DNA from: Lama guanicoe
Taxonomy: Eukaryota
Length of the DNA: 64,000 nucleotides
Assembly: GCA_013239625.1 (NCBI GenBank)
Contig: MU054338.1
Span: forward strand, 1,676,001-1,740,000
Direction: 5' to 3'
The position numbers and the translations under genes are program-made. Every line of letters begins with the position of its first letter. Position 1 is the first letter of the stretch. This document shows, one piece after another, positions 61,451-64,000 of the stretch. Under the pieces are notes generated by a model. That model did no database searches and was not told the DNA's origin. It saw only the letters and a program-made list of their open reading frames with translations.

Positions 61451-62010
61451 CACGCAGGCCTACCCTCCTCCCCGGCCTGCACCCTGGACCCCCGGTGCCC
61501 GAGTCGGGGGCAGCGGATCTCGTCCTGAATCGCGGCCGCACGCGCCCTTACCTGCGCTCGGACCACCACGGCCGCCTCAGCCCCGCCGCGCAGCCGAACC
61601 CACCGTGGGGCGCGCGAGCTCTCGCTCCCCTCCTCGGGGGCGGGGCCAGCGGCGCGGGGGGCGGGCCCCGTCGGCCGGCCTAGCCAATCGTGAGCCCCTG
61701 CGGCTGGAGCTTGGGCTGGGGGCGGGGCTCAGAGTGGGCAGCGGGGTAGGCTATAGGAGTGGGGGCGGGGCGCGGGGCCCGGGAGGGGCCGGGAGGAGGA
61801 GCGCTGAGTGGCACCGCTGCTGGCCACCCGTAAGGGGAGAGCGCGCGGGGGGCGGGGCTATGCTAACATGTATAGTACGTACAATCGGTGCTGTGTGGTG
61901 GACCCCGCGGCGGGGCGACAAGCCGATATTCAGAGGTGACTTGGTGACGTCAAGGAGGCGCGAGGCACTTGACGAGTTCGAATCCTGGGCGGGCCGGGGG
62001 TTCAAATCCA
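61400..62010 (-). promoter_or_regulatory. GNG7: CpG-island promoter of the minus-strand gene (probable GNG7)
   Basis: Very high CpG density, several GGGGCGGGG GC boxes (~61636, ~61719, ~61761, ~61848), CCAAT at 61684-61688 and a palindromic CRE TGACGTCA at 61945-61952, all next to a consensus splice donor. The promoter is well supported; the gene name is by recognition. Confidence 0.8.
61552..61625 (-). other. GNG7: Non-coding first exon (5' UTR); 5' boundary approximate
   Basis: Minus strand reads ...GGTCCGAGCGCAG|GTAAGG, a strong 5' splice site, inside the CpG island and just downstream of the GC/CCAAT boxes. No ATG in the exon. Confidence 0.7.
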
Positions 62011-62735
62011 ATTCCTAGCTCACTTGCGGGGGAAGAATATGCCCTCCTAATCAGTCGCTTGACCTATGGAACAATAATAATTGCTCCTTCTCTTTGAACG
62101 CCTTGCATAAGGCTAGGAGGAGAAATGATATTATCCCCATTTTACAGAGTTAGAAACTGAGTCTCAGAGAGGTTAAACCCAAAGTCATCCGACCAAGCCT
62201 GTCTCATAATTTTCAGGGTTTCTTACTATCTAAACCCCTGGGCTTTGATTGTGAAATGCAGATTCCTGGGCCCCCATCCAGAACGAATGAACCAGGATCC
62301 TGAAGAAAACCTGACCCCTGGAATGTTCATTTTGAACATGCTTTCCTGGTGATGTTGGGAAACCATTGGTATGTCTTCAAAATCATCCAGTTGTCATGGA
62401 GAGGACAGTTTCTTACACAGGAAGATGGAGACACCATATTCTGAAACTTCAAGAACTTTGTGCAACACTGTTACTCTGTGATCTGAGCTGCTGGCCTCCT
62501 AGTTGGGCTCCCCTGCCAGGGCTGCTGTCATCCCCACAGCAAACTCCCTGCTCACCTCCTGCAATGCACAAAGAACCAGGTGCCTGGGAACAGCACATCT
62601 CACTCCTCAGCTCAGTCCCAGAGGAGGAATTACTGTTTGAATAAGGGTTGCATACTGGTGGCCCCTGGACAAGCTGTGGCCCAATATCCTGTAAAAATTC
62701 TAACTGCGTTGCTGACATTTAAAAATCAGGATGTT

Positions 62736-62879
62736 GGGGGAGGGTATAGCTCAGTGGTAGAGTGCCTGCTTAGCATGCACGAGGTCCTGGGTTCAATCCC
62801 CAGAAACTCCATTAAGCAAGCAAACAAGAAAGAAACCTCATTACCTCCCCCCACCAAAAAAATTTTTTTTAATAAAAAT
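62736..62879 (+). mobile_element. tRNA-Ala(AGC)-derived camelid SINE (vic-1 type)
   Basis: GGGGAGGGTATAGCTCAGTGGTAGAGTGCCTGCTTAGCATGCACGAGGTCCTGGGTTCAATCCCCAG plus A-rich tail; TSD AAAAATCAGGATGTT / AAAAATCGGGATGCT. Confidence 0.9.
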
Positions 62880-63015
62880 AAAAATCGGGATGCTTCACAA
62901 AAAGAAATCCAGATTTCCAGGTGTTCTTAAAAAGTCAGAAGAACTGGCGATTCCTGCAGCAGTTGCGTGAAGTGGCTGAGGGTACTTCACTCAAGGTTTC
63001 CTTAGTGACCCCAAA

Positions 63016-63386
63016 GACAGATTAGGGCAAGGCTGGGGCAAGGCAAGTGGGGTGCCCCAAAACAAATAAAAGCACTCACTATCAAGATAAACACTATGAT
63101 AATGCCATAGGTTAAAATTTCAAAATAAATACAGAAATAATCCATGATGAACAAAATATCAGAATTGTAAAGAAAAACAAGATCTGGTTCTGCACTTATG
63201 CAAACAAATCCCCTTGCTTTCCCTACTCCTGGCCCTGTCAGATCCTGTCTTTATTTCAAATATTTTGTTTTGTTCATCATGGCTTCCTTTGCATTAAATA
63301 TTGCATTAAAATAATGTAACTGAACATCTAAGGTTTTGGCACCAGTGGCAGGAGAGTACCTCGCTCTCCTCACCCTAGTTCCAGCC
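63016..63386. mobile_element. MER96B-like palindromic hAT element
   Basis: Internal inverted arms CCATGATGAACAAAATATC ... TTTTGTTCATCATGG, and termini TAGGGCAAGGC / CCTCACCCTAG. Confidence 0.6.
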
Positions 63387-63684
63387 TTGCTTATAAATTT
63401 GCAAATCCCGTCCTGAGCCATTTAGCAGATGGAAAAACTGAGGCCCTGCAGTTTTCCCCTCAAGTAATATGCGGCTCATAGTGCCTGCATGACGCCTTCC
63501 ACTGGCTCTAGTAAGTACAGGGTCTGGCAGGGCCTGTGAGATTTCTTGCGGGGGCTCCATGGGAGGGGCCCTGAAATGTTCCCACGATGCCCAAGAGTCC
63601 AACTCTTCTCACAGCCCCATCCCTCACTTCCCATCCTTTGCAGGTGGCCAGCTGACCTCCCCACCCCAAAGAAGGCACACTGGT

Positions 63685-64000
63685 GCGGGAGGCAGGATCC
63701 ACGTCTTTATTGCAGGAAGACTATTTCTAGAGCGAATGCTACACAGACCGCACAATGGGGAGTTGGGGCACCCACATGCGAGGGGGAGGGGCAGGGCAGG
63801 GGCACACAAGCATGGCCTGGTACAGCCACCAGACCCAGGGATGCCGAGGCAGGACGGGCCAACAGCTGGGGCGGGCCCTGGTCCTCTCCTGCTGCGGAAC
63901 CCCTCTCTCCCCCAGGGTCGGGGCAGGGCCTAGGGCAGCAGAGGCCTGGAGGTGGGCAGGGCCCCAGGGAGATTGTGCTATCAGGGTGTGTCCCTGAGAA
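63685..64000 (-). terminator. Poly(A) signal and 3' UTR end of an upstream minus-strand gene (possibly DIRAS1 by synteny)
   Basis: TTTATT at 63706-63711 is AATAAA on the minus strand, followed on that strand by a GU/U-rich element (GTGTGCCTTCTTTGGGGT). The sequence is non-repetitive. Gene identity is inference only. Confidence 0.45.

Noticed and set aside
62736..62815. tRNA-Ala(AGC)-like sequences as true tRNA genes
   Set aside because: They have A-rich tails and TSDs, occur as multiple diverged copies and have broken stems, so they are SINEs.

Overview
GC-rich mammalian genomic DNA, almost certainly camelid: it carries several tRNA-Ala(AGC)-derived SINEs of the vic-1 type. I find no credible protein-coding exon. 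The many ORFs are by-products of high GC content or decayed L1. The window reads as the 5' non-coding part of a minus-strand gene: a CpG-island promoter and first exon at ~61.6 kb, a ~39.6 kb first intron, and a clean 57-nt second exon at 21852-21908. This layout fits GNG7 in the region syntenic with human 19p13.3 (recognised from memory, not by alignment). The 3' end of an upstream minus-strand gene (possibly DIRAS1) lies at the right edge. The rest is intron packed with old repeats (L1MB/L1MC, MER20, MER58, MLT1, MIR) and younger L1 and SINE insertions. The most unusual signal is that ancient repeat copies from three unrelated families share patches of near-identity and the same derived GC-rich substitutions over tens of kb, which looks like regional concerted evolution by ectopic gene conversion. 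There is also a rearranged L1 with both ends in sense, inverted internal pieces and one target-site duplication. All identity counts are by eye and repeat family names are by recognition.
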